Below are positions 37,855 through 51,992 of a DNA stretch of 64,000 nucleotides, one piece after another (the stretch's first letter is position 1; each line of letters starts with the position of its first letter). Origin of the DNA: Eledone cirrhosa (lineage: Eukaryota); assembly GCA_964016885.1 (NCBI GenBank), contig OZ024751.1:19716001-19780000 (forward strand). Direction: 5' to 3'. A model generated the notes under the pieces. It worked only from the letters and a program-made list of their open reading frames with translations, searched no databases and was not told the origin of the DNA. The translations under genes were made by a program, and so were the position numbers.

Positions 37855-40800
37855 TTACAATTTGTAACAAATCAACAAGAAATCAACTCGGAGATCAGTG
37901 AGTCATTCCACTTAGAGCCACTACTTCTCCGAATTGAGAGATCACAGCTCCGATACTATGGTCATGTGGTTAGAATGTCTGGGGAAAGAATCTCTGAATT
38001 GAGAGATCACAGTTCTGATACTATGGTCATGTGGTTAGAATGTCTCAGGAAAGAATCTCTGAATTAAGAGATCACAGCTCCGATGCTATGGTCATGTGGT
38101 TAGAATGTCTCAGGAAAGAATCTCTGAATTGAGAGATCACAGCTCTGATACTATGGTCATGTGGTTAGAATGTCTCAGGAAAGAATCTCTGAATTAAGAG
38201 ATCACAGCTCCGATACTATGGTCATGTGGTTAGAATGTCTCAGGAAAGAATCTCTGAATTGAGAGATCACAGCTCTGAGACTATGGTCATGTGGTTAGAA
38301 TGTCTCAGGAAAGAATCTCTGAATTGAGAGATCACAGTTCTGATACTATGACATGTGGTTAGAATGTCTCAGGAAAGAATCTCTGAATTGAGAGATCACA
38401 GCTCCGATACTATGGTCATGTGGTTAGAATGTCTCAGGAAAGAATCTCTGAATTGAGCGATCACAGCTCTGATACTATGGTCATGTGGTTGGAATGTCTG
38501 AGGAAAGAATCTCTGAATTAAGAGATCACAGCTCCGATACTATGGTCATGTGGTTAGAATGTCTGAGGAAAGAATCTCTGAATTAAGAAATCACAGCTCC
38601 GATACTATGGTCATGTGGTTAGAATGTCTGAGGAAAGAATCTCTGAATTAAGAGATCACAGCTCCGATACTATGGTCATATGGTTAGAATGTCTGAGGAA
38701 AGAATCTCTGAATTAAGAGATCACAGCTCCGATACTATGGTCATGTGGTTGGAATGTCTGAGGAAAGAATCTCTGAATTAAGAGATCACAGCTCCGATAC
38801 TATGGTCATGTGGTTGGAATGTCTGAGGAAAGAATCTCTGAATTAAGAGATCACAGCTCCGATACTATGGTCATGTGGATAGAATGTCTGAGGAAAGAAT
38901 CTCTGAATTAAGAGATCACAGCTCCGATACTATGGTCATGTGGTTAGAATGTCTGAGGAAAGAATCTCTGAATTAAGAGATCACAGCTCCGATACTATGG
39001 TCATGTGGTTAGAATGTCTCAGGAAAGAATCTCTGAATTGAGAGATCACAGCTCCGATACTATGGGAATGTGGTTAGAATGTCTCAGGAAAGAATCTCTG
39101 AATTGAGCGATCACAGCTCCGATACTATGGTCATGTGGTTAGAATGACTCGGGAAAGAATCTCTGAATTGAGAGATCACAGCTCCGATACTATGGGAATG
39201 TGGTTAGAATGTCTCAGGAAAGAATCTCTGAATTGAGCGATCACAGCTCCGATACTATGGTCATGTGGTTAGAATGTCTGAGGAAAGAATCTCTGAATTA
39301 AGAGATCACAGCTCCGATACTATGGTCATGTGGTTAGAATGGCTCAGGAAAGAATCTCTGAATTAAGAGATCACAGCTCCGATACTATGGTCATGTGGTT
39401 AGAATGTCTGAGGAAAGAATCTCTGAATTAAGAGATCACAGCTCCGATACTATGGTCATGTGGTTAGAATGTCTGAGGAAAGAATCTCTGAATTAAGAGA
39501 TCACAGCTCTGATACTATGGTCATGTGGTTAGAATGTCTGAGGAAAGAATCTCTGAATTGAGAGATCACAGCTCTGATACTATGGTCATGTGGTTAGAAT
39601 GTCTGAGGAAAGAATCTCTGAATTGAGAGATCACAGCTCCGATACTATGGTCATGTGGTTAGAATGTCTGAGGAAAGAATCTCTGAATTAAGAAATCACA
39701 GCTCCGATACTATGGTCATGTGGTTAGAATGTCTGAGGAAAGAATCTCTGAATTAAGAGATCACAGCTCCGATACTATGGTCATGTGGTTGGAATGTCTG
39801 AGGAAAGAATCTCTGAATTAAGAGATCACAGCTCCGATACTATGGTCATGTGGTTGGAATGTCTGAGGAAAGAATCTCTGAATTAAGAGATCACAGCTCC
39901 GATACTATGGTCATGTGGTTAGAATGTCTGAGGAAAGAATCTCTGAATTGAGCGATCACAGCTCCGATACTATGGTCATGTGGTTAGAATGTCTGAGGAA
40001 AGAATCTCTGAATTAAGAGATCACAGCTCCGATACTATGGTCATGTGGTTAGAATGTCTGAGGAAAGAATCTCTGAATTGAGCGATCACAGCTCCGATAC
40101 TATGGTCATGTGGTTAGAATGTCTGAGGAAAGAATCACTGAATTGAGAGATCACAGCTCCGATACTATGGTCATGTGGTTAGAATGTCTGGGGAAAGAAT
40201 CTCTGAATTAAGAGATCACAGCTCCGATACTATGGTCATGTGGTTAGAATGTCTGAGGAAAGAATCTCTGAATTAAGAGATCACAGCTCCGATACTATGG
40301 TCATGTGGTTAGAATGTCTGAGGAAAGAATCTCTGAATTAAGAGATCACAGCTCCGATACTATGGTCATGTGGTTAGAATGTCTGAGGAAAGAATCACTG
40401 AATTGAGAGATCACAGCTCCGATACTATGGTCATGTGGTTAGAATGTCTGAGGAAAGAATCACTGAATTGAGAGATCACAGCTCCGATACTATGGTCATG
40501 TGGTTAGAATGTCTGAGGAAAGAATCACTGAATTGAGAGATCACAGCTCCGATACTATGGTCATGTGGTTAGAATGTCTGAGGAAAGAATCCCTGAATTA
40601 AGAGATCACAGCTCCGATACTATGGTCATGTGGTTAGAATGTCTGAGGAAAGAATCTCTGAATTAAGAGATCACAGCTCCGATACTATGGTCATGTGGTT
40701 AGAATGTCTGAGGAAAGAATCTCTGAATTAAGAGATCACAACTCTGATACTATGGTCATGTGGTTAGAATGTCTGAGGAAAGAATCTCTGAATTAAGAGA

Positions 40801-41195
40801 TCACAGCTCCGATACTATGGTCATGTGGTTAGAATGTCTGAGGAAAGAATCTCTGAATTAAGAGATCACAGCTCCGATACTATGGTCATGTGGTTAGAAT
40901 GTCTGAGGAAAGAATCTCTGAATTAAGAGATCACAGCTCCGATACTATGGTCATGTGGTTAGAATGTCTGAGGAAAGAATCTCTGAATTAAGAGATCACA
41001 GCTCTGATACTATGGTCATGTGGTTAGAATGTCTCAGGAAAGAATCTCTGGACAGATTTTATAGGCAAAACTAACCAGCAGGAGATCCAAGTGTAGATCC
41101 CAAGCAAGATGGTTGGATAACATCCATGAGCTTGGCTGGTCTCAGTTGGGGATACAGCCAGATCAGTTGGAGACGGTTGCTTCTGACAGGACCCG
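37855..41195 (+). mobile_element. Expander/Rex3-like RTE 3' remnant containing an internal satellite
   Basis: Collapsing the array restores SEISESFHLEPLLLRIERSQLRYYGHVVRMSQERISGQIL*AKLTSRRSKCRSQARWLDNIHELGWSQLGIQPDQLETVASDR. Confidence 0.9.
37931..41049 (+). repeat. 65-bp tandem satellite, ~48 copies
   Basis: Unit gaattaagagatcacagctccgatactatggtcatgtggttagaatgtctgaggaaagaatctct; starts at 37931, 37996, 38061, 38126... Confidence 0.98.
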
Positions 41196-41349
41196 TTGAC
41201 AAGAAAAAGTGGGAGAAGAAGAAGAAGAATAACAAGAGGTCCAATAGATTAGAAAACGGGCTAATCGGGTTTTACGACGGCAACATCTGTTTTTTTTTTT
41301 TTTTGTGTAAAAATAAAAACAAACAAACTATTTGCTGTTGAATCTGTAG

Positions 41350-41638
41350 TGGTGAAGACTTCTTTCGGCGTTCTTGGTCCCCGAACCACCACCTCTCTCC
41401 CCATCTCACTAATTTTGGATCTAGTAGAGTTGGGCCACCCGCCGGAGATAGCCACGCGAGTTGGAATGGCTATTTTAACGGGTTCCCCTCGCTATTTTCT
41501 GGGGGTAACGCTTACTCCACTTTCTCCCCCCCCCCCTGGGTCCGCCAGGCGGCTTGCATCTTGCATCTAGGGTTCTGCTCTCCACAGAGTTCGTTCTTCC
41601 ACGTCGTCTACGTTTCTATCATCACAGTAGCCATGTGA
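41350..41638 (+). CDS. Candidate terminal coding exon of unknown gene (weak)
   Basis: GC-richer unique island; tgtag acceptor, then an open frame GEDFFRRSWSPNHHLSPHL...FFHVVYVSIITVAM*; aataaa at ~41696; no recognisable domain. Confidence 0.25.
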
Positions 41639-42714
41639 TTGTGATATCAGTCTCAAAGTTAAATTGAATGTCATGCTTTCTCTAATATCAGAAGCAATAA
41701 ATTATTATTTATTTATCTACTATATTATAATATTTATTTACATAGCTTGTCATAACACCTCAATATTTTTCTAGTATGTCATTATATAGTCTGTATATTT
41801 TAAAAACGACGCAATGTATTATTTAAGATAGTATGTCGTTGTAAGAGGGAGTTTTCTCACGTTTTGAAGTCCTCCTTTGTGGAAGAGGGTCGGAATGGAT
41901 TCACCTTTTCTTTCATCTTTAAAAAAAAAATCAAAACAAACTTGTGCCCCAAATATCTTCTTTCTCCCTATCTCTCCCTATCTCTCCTTCTCTTGCCACA
42001 ACGTCTCCCTCCCTCCTCGCCGAAATAATTTCAGTTTTATATCAATAAAGAAAAGAATAGAAATAAAAGATGTGATGGTCATGGTATGTTCTCTCTTTCT
42101 CCCCCCTCTTTCTCTGTTCGTCTCTATCCCTCTCCCCCCTCTGTCTCTGTTCGTCTCTATCCTTCTCCCCCTCTGTCTCTGTTCGTCTCTATCCTTCTCC
42201 CCCTCTTTCTCTGTTCGTCTCTATCCCTCTCCTCCTCTTTCTCTGTTCGTCTCTATTACCCCCCTTTTCTCTGTTCGTCTCTCAACAACGTCCGCACCTC
42301 TCCCTCTCTCTCTCCTTTTCTCCTGTCTTTCTTCCTATATCTCTCCCTCTCACTCCCCAGTCTCTTTCTAAACGAGATGTTGTTCAACAATAGACGTTAC
42401 AAGTCAACCACCCTCTCTACATTGCCCTCATTTTTCCAACATAAAGCGTGAAACTAATAAGACTTTTGTACCTCTGTTTGCTGTCTCCTTGAACTATATA
42501 TATATATATATATAACAAAGGAATTGTGGTAAGGAACCAGATGGACCATAACGCACCAGAGTACTCAATACTTAGAGTAGTAGAGTGGGAAATAGGAAAA
42601 AGTATGACTCCGACGGCAGAGCTCAAGCCGTTTCGACGGCTATTTCTGGAATAAATTTAGTCCAGAAATAGCCGTCGAAACGGCTTGAGCTCTGCCGCCG
42701 GGGTCATGCTATTT

Positions 42715-42760
<46 letters not shown>

Positions 42761-42903
42761 TAAAGTATATGTGTTTCTGCGCCTCTATTCATGTATGCGC
42801 ACCTCCCCCGCTGCGCATGCCCGTAAGTATGTCTGTAAGTACATATGTGTGTGAACGTCTGTCTATATGCAAGTGCATATATATATATATGTGTGTGTGT
42901 ATG

Positions 42904-42945
<42 letters not shown>

Positions 42946-43434
42946 AACATATATATATATGTGTGTCTGTGTGTGTATATATATGTGTGTGTGTATGTGA
43001 ATGAATGCTGTAGAATGGTTACAAGCTTCCGGCAAGTCGACGTTTTGACACAGGTCGATATCCGGTGAAACCATTAAGCTCCATTTAGTCGTCACAACTA
43101 TAGTTTCCGATCCGGTTCCGACTATCTCCCACATTCTAGGACAAAGTCCTCTCCCCACAGAGCTCCCCACCACCACCACCACCACCACCATCACAACATT
43201 ACAACTGCAGTCTTCCAACCTTGATCTCCCACCACCACATACTACAACACGAACGCTGGATAATTGGTACCTGTTGTCACCCAATGGCTCATTCATGCTT
43301 GTGAAACACACACACACACACACACACATACATACACATACACACGTGCACACATACATACATATATATATATAACCACGAACGCACACACACATACATA
43401 TATCCATGAATACACACACATATACACAAACACA

Positions 43435-44013
43435 TGGTGGCTGCCAACTCGTTTTCGAGTACGGCCACTACTTTACATCCATGTAGGATAACCCCTACCG
43501 ATGCGCTGAACGAGTGTGACTTTTTAGTCCAGCCAGCGACTTGAAACCTCTGGTACAAACACTACACCTGTGACAATTATTGACACATAGTGCTAGGCCC
43601 ATGGTAGGACAATTATTGACACATAGTGCTGGGCCCATGTGAGGACAAGTGCAGAGAGATCTCCAGATATAAAGCAATGCCTGTGCCGTGAAGCTTTTAT
43701 AGTGAGCAAAGGCACTGCACAAAGCCAGTCCCACTCTCTTAACCAAGATGCTATTTACCAAAAAGACATACATACATACATACATACATACATACATACA
43801 TACATACATACATACACACATACATGGTGGTGGCTGCCAACTCGTTTTCGAGTACGGCCACTACTTTATATCCATGTAGGGGAACCCCTACCGATGCGTT
43901 GAACGAGTGTGACTTTTTAGTCCAGACAGCGACTTGAAAACTCTGGTACAAACACTACACTTGTGACAATTATTGACACACAGTGCTGGGCCCATGGTAC
44001 CATGTGACGACAA
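43435..44013 (-). mobile_element. Two tandem RTE-ZnF 3'-end fragments (43435-43766, 43825-44013)
   Basis: Near-identical to 6494-6746; encode C..C...[13 protein letters not shown]. Confidence 0.8.
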
Positions 44014-44199
44014 CATACACACACACATACATACACACATACATACACACATACATACATATATACCCACCCACGAACGCACTCACGCATATACACACGT
44101 ACATACACACACAAATGTACACGGCTCTGCATCCTTTTATCTATTTACTTCAATCATTAAACTGTGACCATGTTGGGGATTTAAGTTGATATATATATA

Positions 44200-44885
44200 T
44201 TGACACCTGTTAATTATATCGACATCTGTTAATTATATCGACAGCTGTTGATTATATCGACACCTGTTGACCACATCTCATCTGTTGATCACGTCACATC
44301 TGTTGATCGTGTCACATCTTTTGATCATGTCCATATCTGTTGATCATGTCCATATCTGTTGATCATGTCACATCTGTTGATCATGTCACATCTGTTGATC
44401 ATGTCACATCTGTTGATCATGTCGATATCAGCTGATCATGTCGATATCAGCTGATCATGTCGATATCAGCTGATCATGTCATATCAGCTGATCATGTCAC
44501 ATCTGTTGATCACATCGCATCTGTTGATCATGTCGATAGTCATATCTGTTGATCATGTCACATCTGTTGATCGTGTCACATCTGTTGATCACGTCACATC
44601 TGTTGACCATGTCTCATCTGTTGATCTTGTCTCATCAGTTGATCGTGTCTCATCAGTTGATCGTGTCTCATCAGTTGATCGTGTCTCATCAGTTGATCGT
44701 GTTTCATCAGTTGACCGTGTCTCATCAGTAGATCATGTCTCATCTGTAGATCGTGTTTCATTTGTTGATCGTGTCTCATTTGTTGATCGTGTCTCATTTG
44801 TTGATCGTGTCTCATCCGTTGATCGTGTCTCATCTGTTGATCGTGTCTCATCTGTTGATCATATTGATACCAGCTGATCACATCA
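44200..44885. repeat. 18-19 bp minisatellite tgttgatc(a/g)tgtc(a/t)catc with graded variants
   Basis: Direct repeats. Confidence 0.93.
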
Positions 44886-44974
44886 ATACCAGTAACTGTG
44901 TTTTTCAAGTATGGAAAACTATTTTATTGATCTTTTTCTTACTTTGAGACAAACATTTTAGATGGAACCCATTT

Positions 44975-45205
44975 TCCCACATTAATCCACATTAACCTAC
45001 TTTAACCCACATTAACCTACTTTAACCCACATCCACTCGCATTCACCCACATTAACCTACATCAGCCCACATTAAACCACATTAACCCACATCAACCCAC
45101 ATTCACCCACATTACGTCACATTCACCGACATCCACCTACATCCACCCCCATCCACCCACATTCACCCACATTCACCCATATACACCCACATTCACCGAC
45201 ACTCA
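44975..45205. repeat. 10-bp repeat acccacattc/a
   Basis: Direct repeats. Confidence 0.85.
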
Positions 45206-45323
45206 TCTACATTAAAAGCTACACTTTGAGGATATTTACCACTTTTCCTCTTCAATTGTGTTGGGAATTCCAATGCAGTCTGGATATCATGACTTGATAA
45301 CTTTCCTGTGGAGATGGAGGATA

Positions 45324-45394
<71 letters not shown>

Positions 45395-45551
45395 CTCTCT
45401 GTGGGTGTGTGCGCGTATATTTGTGTGTTTGTGTGTGTATTTGTGTGTGTGTGTTTCTGAGTGTATGTATGTGTGTGTGTGTGTATGTATGTATGTGTGT
45501 GTATTTGTGTGTTTCTGTGTGTGTGTGTATATATATATATATATTTGTGTG

Positions 45552-45584
<33 letters not shown>

Positions 45585-45606
45585 CTGTGTGTTTCTCTTT
45601 CTCTCT

Positions 45607-45698
<92 letters not shown>

Positions 45699-45962
45699 GT
45701 GTGTACAATTAGACAAACAGTTCTTGCTAGCTTTGTCTACATCACTATACAATTGTCGTTTTTCTTTGTTCTTCCATTTTCTTTTTACTTTCCTCTTATC
45801 TGAATATTATGGATTTAACAGTTTTTCTTTTTAACTTTCCAAACCATTCACATAAACCCAGCTATAAATATTTAAGTGATATCCATAGATTTCTCTCTCT
45901 ATGTTTCAACGGATTTCCTGCTTTTAGGAGAGAGAGAGGTCAGTGACTCTGTGTGATATATG

Positions 45963-46168
45963 CGAAGGTGGACTGAAAAGTTCATAGTCTGACTGTGAAG
46001 GACTGATGCTAATGCTGTGAAATCTTGTATGGATTCATTTCAACTCTTCTTATTAATAACTGCATTGTTTTTTTGAAGAGAGTATGTTGAAAAATATACC
46101 TCATTTGGTCATTCTATGAGAGTATCTTGGTCAGCCTATGAACTTTTCCTCTAAGCCTCGTATATACA

Positions 46169-46239
<71 letters not shown>

Positions 46240-46330
46240 AAAATGTTTGACCCCGACGGCAGAGCTTACCCTAAGTATTGAGTACTCTGGTGCGTTATGG
46301 TCCATCTGGTTCTTTACCACACTTCCTTCG

Positions 46331-46398
<68 letters not shown>

Positions 46399-46790
46399 GC
46401 GCGAATGTTAACTGATAAGTTCATAGGCTGACAATGAAGGAGTGATGCTAGAGCTGTGAAATTTTGTATGCATTAACTTCAACTCTTCTTATTAACAACT
46501 ATATTATTTCTTTCAAGGGGTATGTTGAAAAATACACCTCATTTGGTCATTCCATGAGAGTATCTTGGTCAGCCTATAAACTTTTCAGCCATCGCTCGTG
46601 TGTCTGTGTGTGTATAAGACCCAGCTGAAAAGTTCATAGGCTGACAATGGAGTGATGTTAGTGCTGTGAAATATTGCATGCATTAATAACCGCATTGTTC
46701 CTTTCAAGGGACTATGTTGAAAAATACACCTCATTTGGTCATTCCATGAGAGTATCTTGGTCAACCTATGAATCGTTTAGGCGACCCTTG
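45963..46790. mobile_element. Three same-family mariner-type MITEs (45963-46160, 46402-46598, 46615-46790)
   Basis: TIR core ctgaaaagttcataggctgac / gtcagcctatgaacttttc, ending cctcg-TA; shared internal sequence. Confidence 0.88.
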
Positions 46791-46902
46791 TACCAGCAAC
46801 CCTAATACTTAACATTTTCTCCATACTTTTCATGATTCATTCCCGGGGTTGGGGTGAGGGGTGTCAGTTTAGAGGTGTTACGCTTACTTGAATTTTATAA
46901 GG

Positions 46903-47165
46903 CACCATGCATGAGCTCGGCTGGTCACGCTTGGGGATCCAACCTGATCAATTGGGGATGGTTGCTTCTGACAGGACCCACTGGAAGGAGTGTTTGAGGA
47001 CTCCACCTCCCATGTCCCTCCCAGGAATAAGCGGGCATAGAAGAATAAGAAGATGCAATAAAGGAGTAGGAGACGAAAGAAATAGGATGAAAATAAACAC
47101 AAACCAAGGGCGGTGCCCCAGCATGGCCTCAGCCGGATGGCTGGAACAGGTAACAGAGTAAATAA
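46903..47165 (+). mobile_element. Expander-like RTE 3' end with (AAG)n tail, followed by a SINE tail
   Basis: HELGWSRLGIQPDQLGMVASDRTHW, homologous to 41124-41190; aagggcggtgccccagcatggcc tail at 47106. Confidence 0.85.
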
Positions 47166-47870
47166 ACCATTTGATTTCCAAAGATTGCCGATGGCCATAA
47201 GAAATATCATTGGAAACATTAGCGGTTCGGTACTTCGGTAGCATGTGTGTTGAAGATGGAATGATGGAAGTAGGAGATGAAGGAAAGGGAGAAGGTGAAG
47301 GTGGTGAAACAGAAGACGAAGGAAGAGGAGGAGGAGAAGAAGGTAGAAAAGAAGACGAAGAAGAAGGAGATGAAGAAAAAGGAGAAGGTGAAAGGTAGTG
47401 AAGCAGAATTCGAAGGAGGAGAAGAAGGTAGAAAAGACGAAAAGACGATAAAGGAGAAGGTGAAAGGTGGTGAAGAAGAAGCAGAAGACGAAGGAGGAGG
47501 AGAAGCAAGAGGAGAAGAAGGTGGAGTAGAAGAAAAAGAATAAGAAAGTGAAATAAAAGAAGGTGAGTGGGGTGAAGGAGAATAATTTCTATTTTGTCAG
47601 ATTGATTCACTATGGGTGTTTAAAATTTGACAGTGCTAGTCCGAATTATTCCGCAGTAACGGTTTTATTTCCCCTCTCCATTTATTTACTCTTTTTCTAA
47701 TCTTTAGTTTTCCATCAAATTATGCTGATTTACACTTTCGTGACATGATGGCAAAAAATCAGAGTCTACTGAATTAACGGAAGACAATTACTGTAATTTA
47801 AGAAATTATGAAATTATTACACAAACGGTACGATGTTAGCACGAACAAAAGTTTATGCTACACAGTTTTG

Positions 47871-48500
47871 GTGATACTATGAAAACAAACATTGTCATGT
47901 CACTATACTATACTAGATAGCTCAGATTCAACAGTGATAGTGATACTATGAAGACAAACATTGTCATGTCACTATACTATACCAGATGGTCCAGATTCAA
48001 TAGTGATAGTGATACTATGAAGACATACATTGTCATGTCACTATATTATACTAGATAGCTCAGATTCAATAGTGATAGTGATACTATGAAGACATACATT
48101 GTCATGTCACTATACTATACTAGATAGCTCAGATTCAATAGTGATACTATGAAGACAGCTATTCTTACGTCACTATACTATACTAGATAGCTCAGATTCA
48201 ATAGTGATAGTGATACTATGAAGACATAATCGTATTACTATACAACACTAGATGGTCCAGATTCGACAGTGTTAGTAACACTATGAAGACAAACATTCTC
48301 ATGTTACCACACTATACTAGATAGCTCAGATTCAATGATAGTGACACTCTGAAGACAGTCACTATACTATAACAGATAGAGAGTGTTCGTAGCTCCAAGA
48401 AGACATACATTCTCATGTTACTATACTATACCAGATGGTCCAAATTCAACAGTGTTAGTAACACTACGAGGACAGGCATTATAATGGTACTATACTATAG
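47871..48500. repeat. 69-bp diverged tandem repeat, ~9 copies
   Basis: gtgatactatgaa at 47871, 47940, 48009, 48078... Confidence 0.9.
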
Positions 48501-48911
48501 TCTGTTCTATTTTTTGTTTATTTGATATAATGAATTCTTTTTAAGCTTATTTTTTTTTATATCCAAACTTCATTTGAATATATAAAATTTAATTACCGTA
48601 AAATACTTATGTGATAGGGTCCGGGAAAGGCCCCTTAAGCAATACTAACATGCTCCTTTAAGAATCAACAAATGTTGGTTTGTCCCCCCATCACATTTTA
48701 AAGGCAAACGAGACCCCTGTGTGTACACGTGTCTGTGGAAATACTAGGTCGTTTCCACGTTAATTTCACAAGGAGGCTGTTTTGTTGTTCCTATAAATGG
48801 AACACTCATCGCCGGAACCGACGAAGGTCCCGCAACAACAAAAACAACAGCAACAGCAGCAGGAAAGACAATGCAGCAAAGATGCTGAACATTCACTTCT
48901 GAAAGATACGA

Positions 48912-49398
48912 CGTTAACTTTGCCTTTCATCCTTACGGAGTCGATAAAATAAAGTACCAGTAATGTACTGGGTAATTGCTGGCCTTGTGCCTAAAGTAGA
49001 AACAATTATTATAGGAAAAGGGGCGGTGAATTGGCAGTATCGGTAGAGGGTCGGACATGCTCTCCAGCATAGTTACGTCCCTTTACGGTCTGAGTTCAAA
49101 TCCCGCCGAGGTTAACTTTGCCTTTCATCCTTACGGGGTCGATAAAATAAAGTACCAGTAATGCACTGGGTAATTGCTGGCCTTGTGCCTAAAGTAGAAA
49201 CAATTATTATAGGAAAAGGGGCGGTAGAGGGTCGGACATGCTCTCCAGCATAGTTACGTCCCTTTACGGTCTGAGTTCAAATCCCGCCGAGGTTAACTTT
49301 GCCTTTCATCCTTACGGGGTCGATAAAATAAAGTACCAGTAATGCACTGGGTAATTGCTGGCCTTGTGCCTAAAGTAGAAACAATTATTATAGGAAAA
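48912..49398 (+). mobile_element. Head-to-tail SINE-A trimer
   Basis: Near-identical units, each followed by aattattataggaaaa. Confidence 0.92.
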
Positions 49399-49430
49399 GT
49401 ATTGGACGTTAGCACTGGTCCATACAATCC

Positions 49431-49464
<34 letters not shown>

Positions 49465-49656
49465 GAATGTCAGTGTGTGCGTGTATGTATGTATGTTTAT
49501 GTGAATCTTTCTATCTATCTATCTCTCCATATTGTCTATCTCTCCTTGTATTGTCCCCTTTTCTTGTGCTACCTTGTGGCAAATAAACATATGTGCGTAT
49601 ATATGTGTGTGTTGTCAGTGTGTGCGTATATGTATGTATAAGTGTATATTTATGTG

Positions 49657-49702
<46 letters not shown>

Positions 49703-49795
49703 CGCAATTATATAAAGAAACCAATTAGAGAAAAAAAATATCTGAAGTAGGTTGTTTTTGGCGGAGAGTGAAGTGAAAACAACGAGTTTTGAAAT

Positions 49796-49830
<35 letters not shown>

Positions 49831-49884
49831 CACACATTTAAAGAGGGCATTTATATATGTACATGTATGTATATATATATAGAT

Positions 49885-49927
<43 letters not shown>

Positions 49928-50419
49928 ATATATATATATTTATATATGTATATATATACTTATATATATATATATATACTTTTATATATATATATTTATA
50001 TATGTATATATATACTTATATATATATATATATATATACTTTTATATATATATATTTATATATGTATATATATACTTATATATATATATATATATGTATA
50101 TTTAAGTCAAAAATGTAAACATTATGACAAACACCCCCCCACACCTCTCTTCCTTTCCCACCACCAGTACACTATCACCACCACCACCACCACCTCCACC
50201 ACACCATTAGTCGTTCTCTTCACCATTTAAAGGAAGGCAGAAGATGAATGTATCAGATTGCTAAAGAATAAGTGAAATTAAAGAGTATATTCCAAGATTT
50301 GATGTATTGATAAGAGAGTTTGAAGCCCGAGTTGAAAGAAAAGAAAGAAAAAATAGGAAAACATGTTTATTTTCCCCTCTCCCTCATACCTCTACCTCTC
50401 CCTCCTCTTCTCTCTATCG

Positions 50420-51420
50420 TTCTCTTCTCATCTGTTATTCTACCGCCATCCTCCTCTTCTACCTTCTCCCCCTCTACCTCCTCCTCCCTCCCCACCTCCT
50501 CCCCCTCTACCTCGCCCTCTACCTCCTTCTCTACCTCCTCCTCCACCCTCTACCCTCTCTTCTTCTCCACTGTTATTCCCCCCTCTCATCTTTTATTTTC
50601 TCTTCTCTCTATCCCTCTCTTCTCATCTGTTATTCTACCCCCATCCTCCTCCTCTACCACCTCCTCCACCCTCTACCCTCTCTTCTTCTCCTCTGTTATT
50701 CCCCCCTCTCATCTTTTATTTTCTCTTCTCTCTATCCCTCTCTTCTCATCTGTTATTCTACCCCCATCCTCCTCCTACCACCTCCTCCACCCTCTACCCT
50801 CTCTTCTTCTCCACTGTTATTCCCCCCTCTCATCTTTTATTTTCTCTTCTCTCTATCCCTCTCTTCTCATCTGTTATTCTACCCCCATCCTCCTCCTCTA
50901 CCACCTCTTCCACCCTCTACCCTCTCTTCTTCTCCACTGTTATTCCCCCCTCTCATCTTTTATTTTCTCTTCTCTCTATCCCTCTCTTCTCATCTGTTAT
51001 TCTACCCCCATCCTCCTCCTACCACCTCCTCCACCCTCTACCCTCTCTTCTTCTCCTCTGTTATTCCCCCCTCTCATCTTTTATTTTCTCTTCTCTCTAT
51101 CCCTCTCTTCTCATCTGTTATTCTACCCCCATCCTCCTCCTACCACCTCCTCCACCCTCTACCCTCTCTTCTTCTCCACTGTTATTCCCCCCTCTCATCT
51201 TTTATTTTCTCTTCTCTCTATCCCTCTCTTCTCATCTGTTATTCTACCCCCATCCTCCTCCTCTACCACCTCCTCCACCCTCTACCCTCTCTTCTTCTCC
51301 TCTGTTATTCCCCCCTCTCATCTTTTATTTTCTCTTCTCTCTATCCCTCTCTTCTCATCTGTTATTCCCCCCCCTCCTCTACCCCCTTCCCTTATCCATC
51401 TCTTCTCATCTGTTATTGTA
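50420..51420. repeat. Pyrimidine-rich 120-123 bp minisatellite, ~7 copies
   Basis: Direct repeats. Confidence 0.93.
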
Positions 51421-51928
51421 ACCCCCCTCCCGCCCGCCCTCTACTCTCTCTTCTCTTCATCTCATCTCATCTTTTATTTTTTGTCCCCTCTTCATCTCGT
51501 CTCGTCTCCTATATTTTCTATTTTTCTCTTTTCTCTTTTTCTCGTCTCGTCTGTTTCGTTTTCTTTCCTCTTTTGCCTCTTCTTCTCGTCTCCGCTTTTT
51601 TTTCTTCTACTTTTTTTCCTTTTTTTTTTTTTCTAAAACTTTGTTTAATTCTTTTATTTATTTTTGTTTTTTCTTTCTTTGTTTTTGTGTTGATTTACTA
51701 TTTCCGCCATGTTTCTTCCTCATATTAACCCCGAGCTAAGTCGTCTGCCTGTCCCTCTTTCTCTCTACCTCTGGCTCTGTTCACTTTTTTCTCTTTCTCC
51801 GTCTCTTTTTCCTCTTCCCTCTCTTTATAATATATATATATATATGTATGGAGGTATGTATATATGTAGGTATGTATGTATATATATATATATATATTAT
51901 TTTTCTGCTCTTCCCCTCTCTCTCTTTA

Positions 51929-51992
<64 letters not shown>

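Noticed and set aside
44476-44877. SSVDRV hexapeptide-repeat protein
   Set aside because: 18-bp minisatellite open in several frames with frame-breaking 19-bp units upstream
47590-47640. Hox/Pbx/Meis-like enhancer motifs (also ~63330)
   Set aside because: Short motifs expected by chance in AT-rich DNA; no conservation data
50307-51728. 350-470 aa Leu/Ser/Pro ORFs
   Set aside because: Translations of a pyrimidine-rich minisatellite
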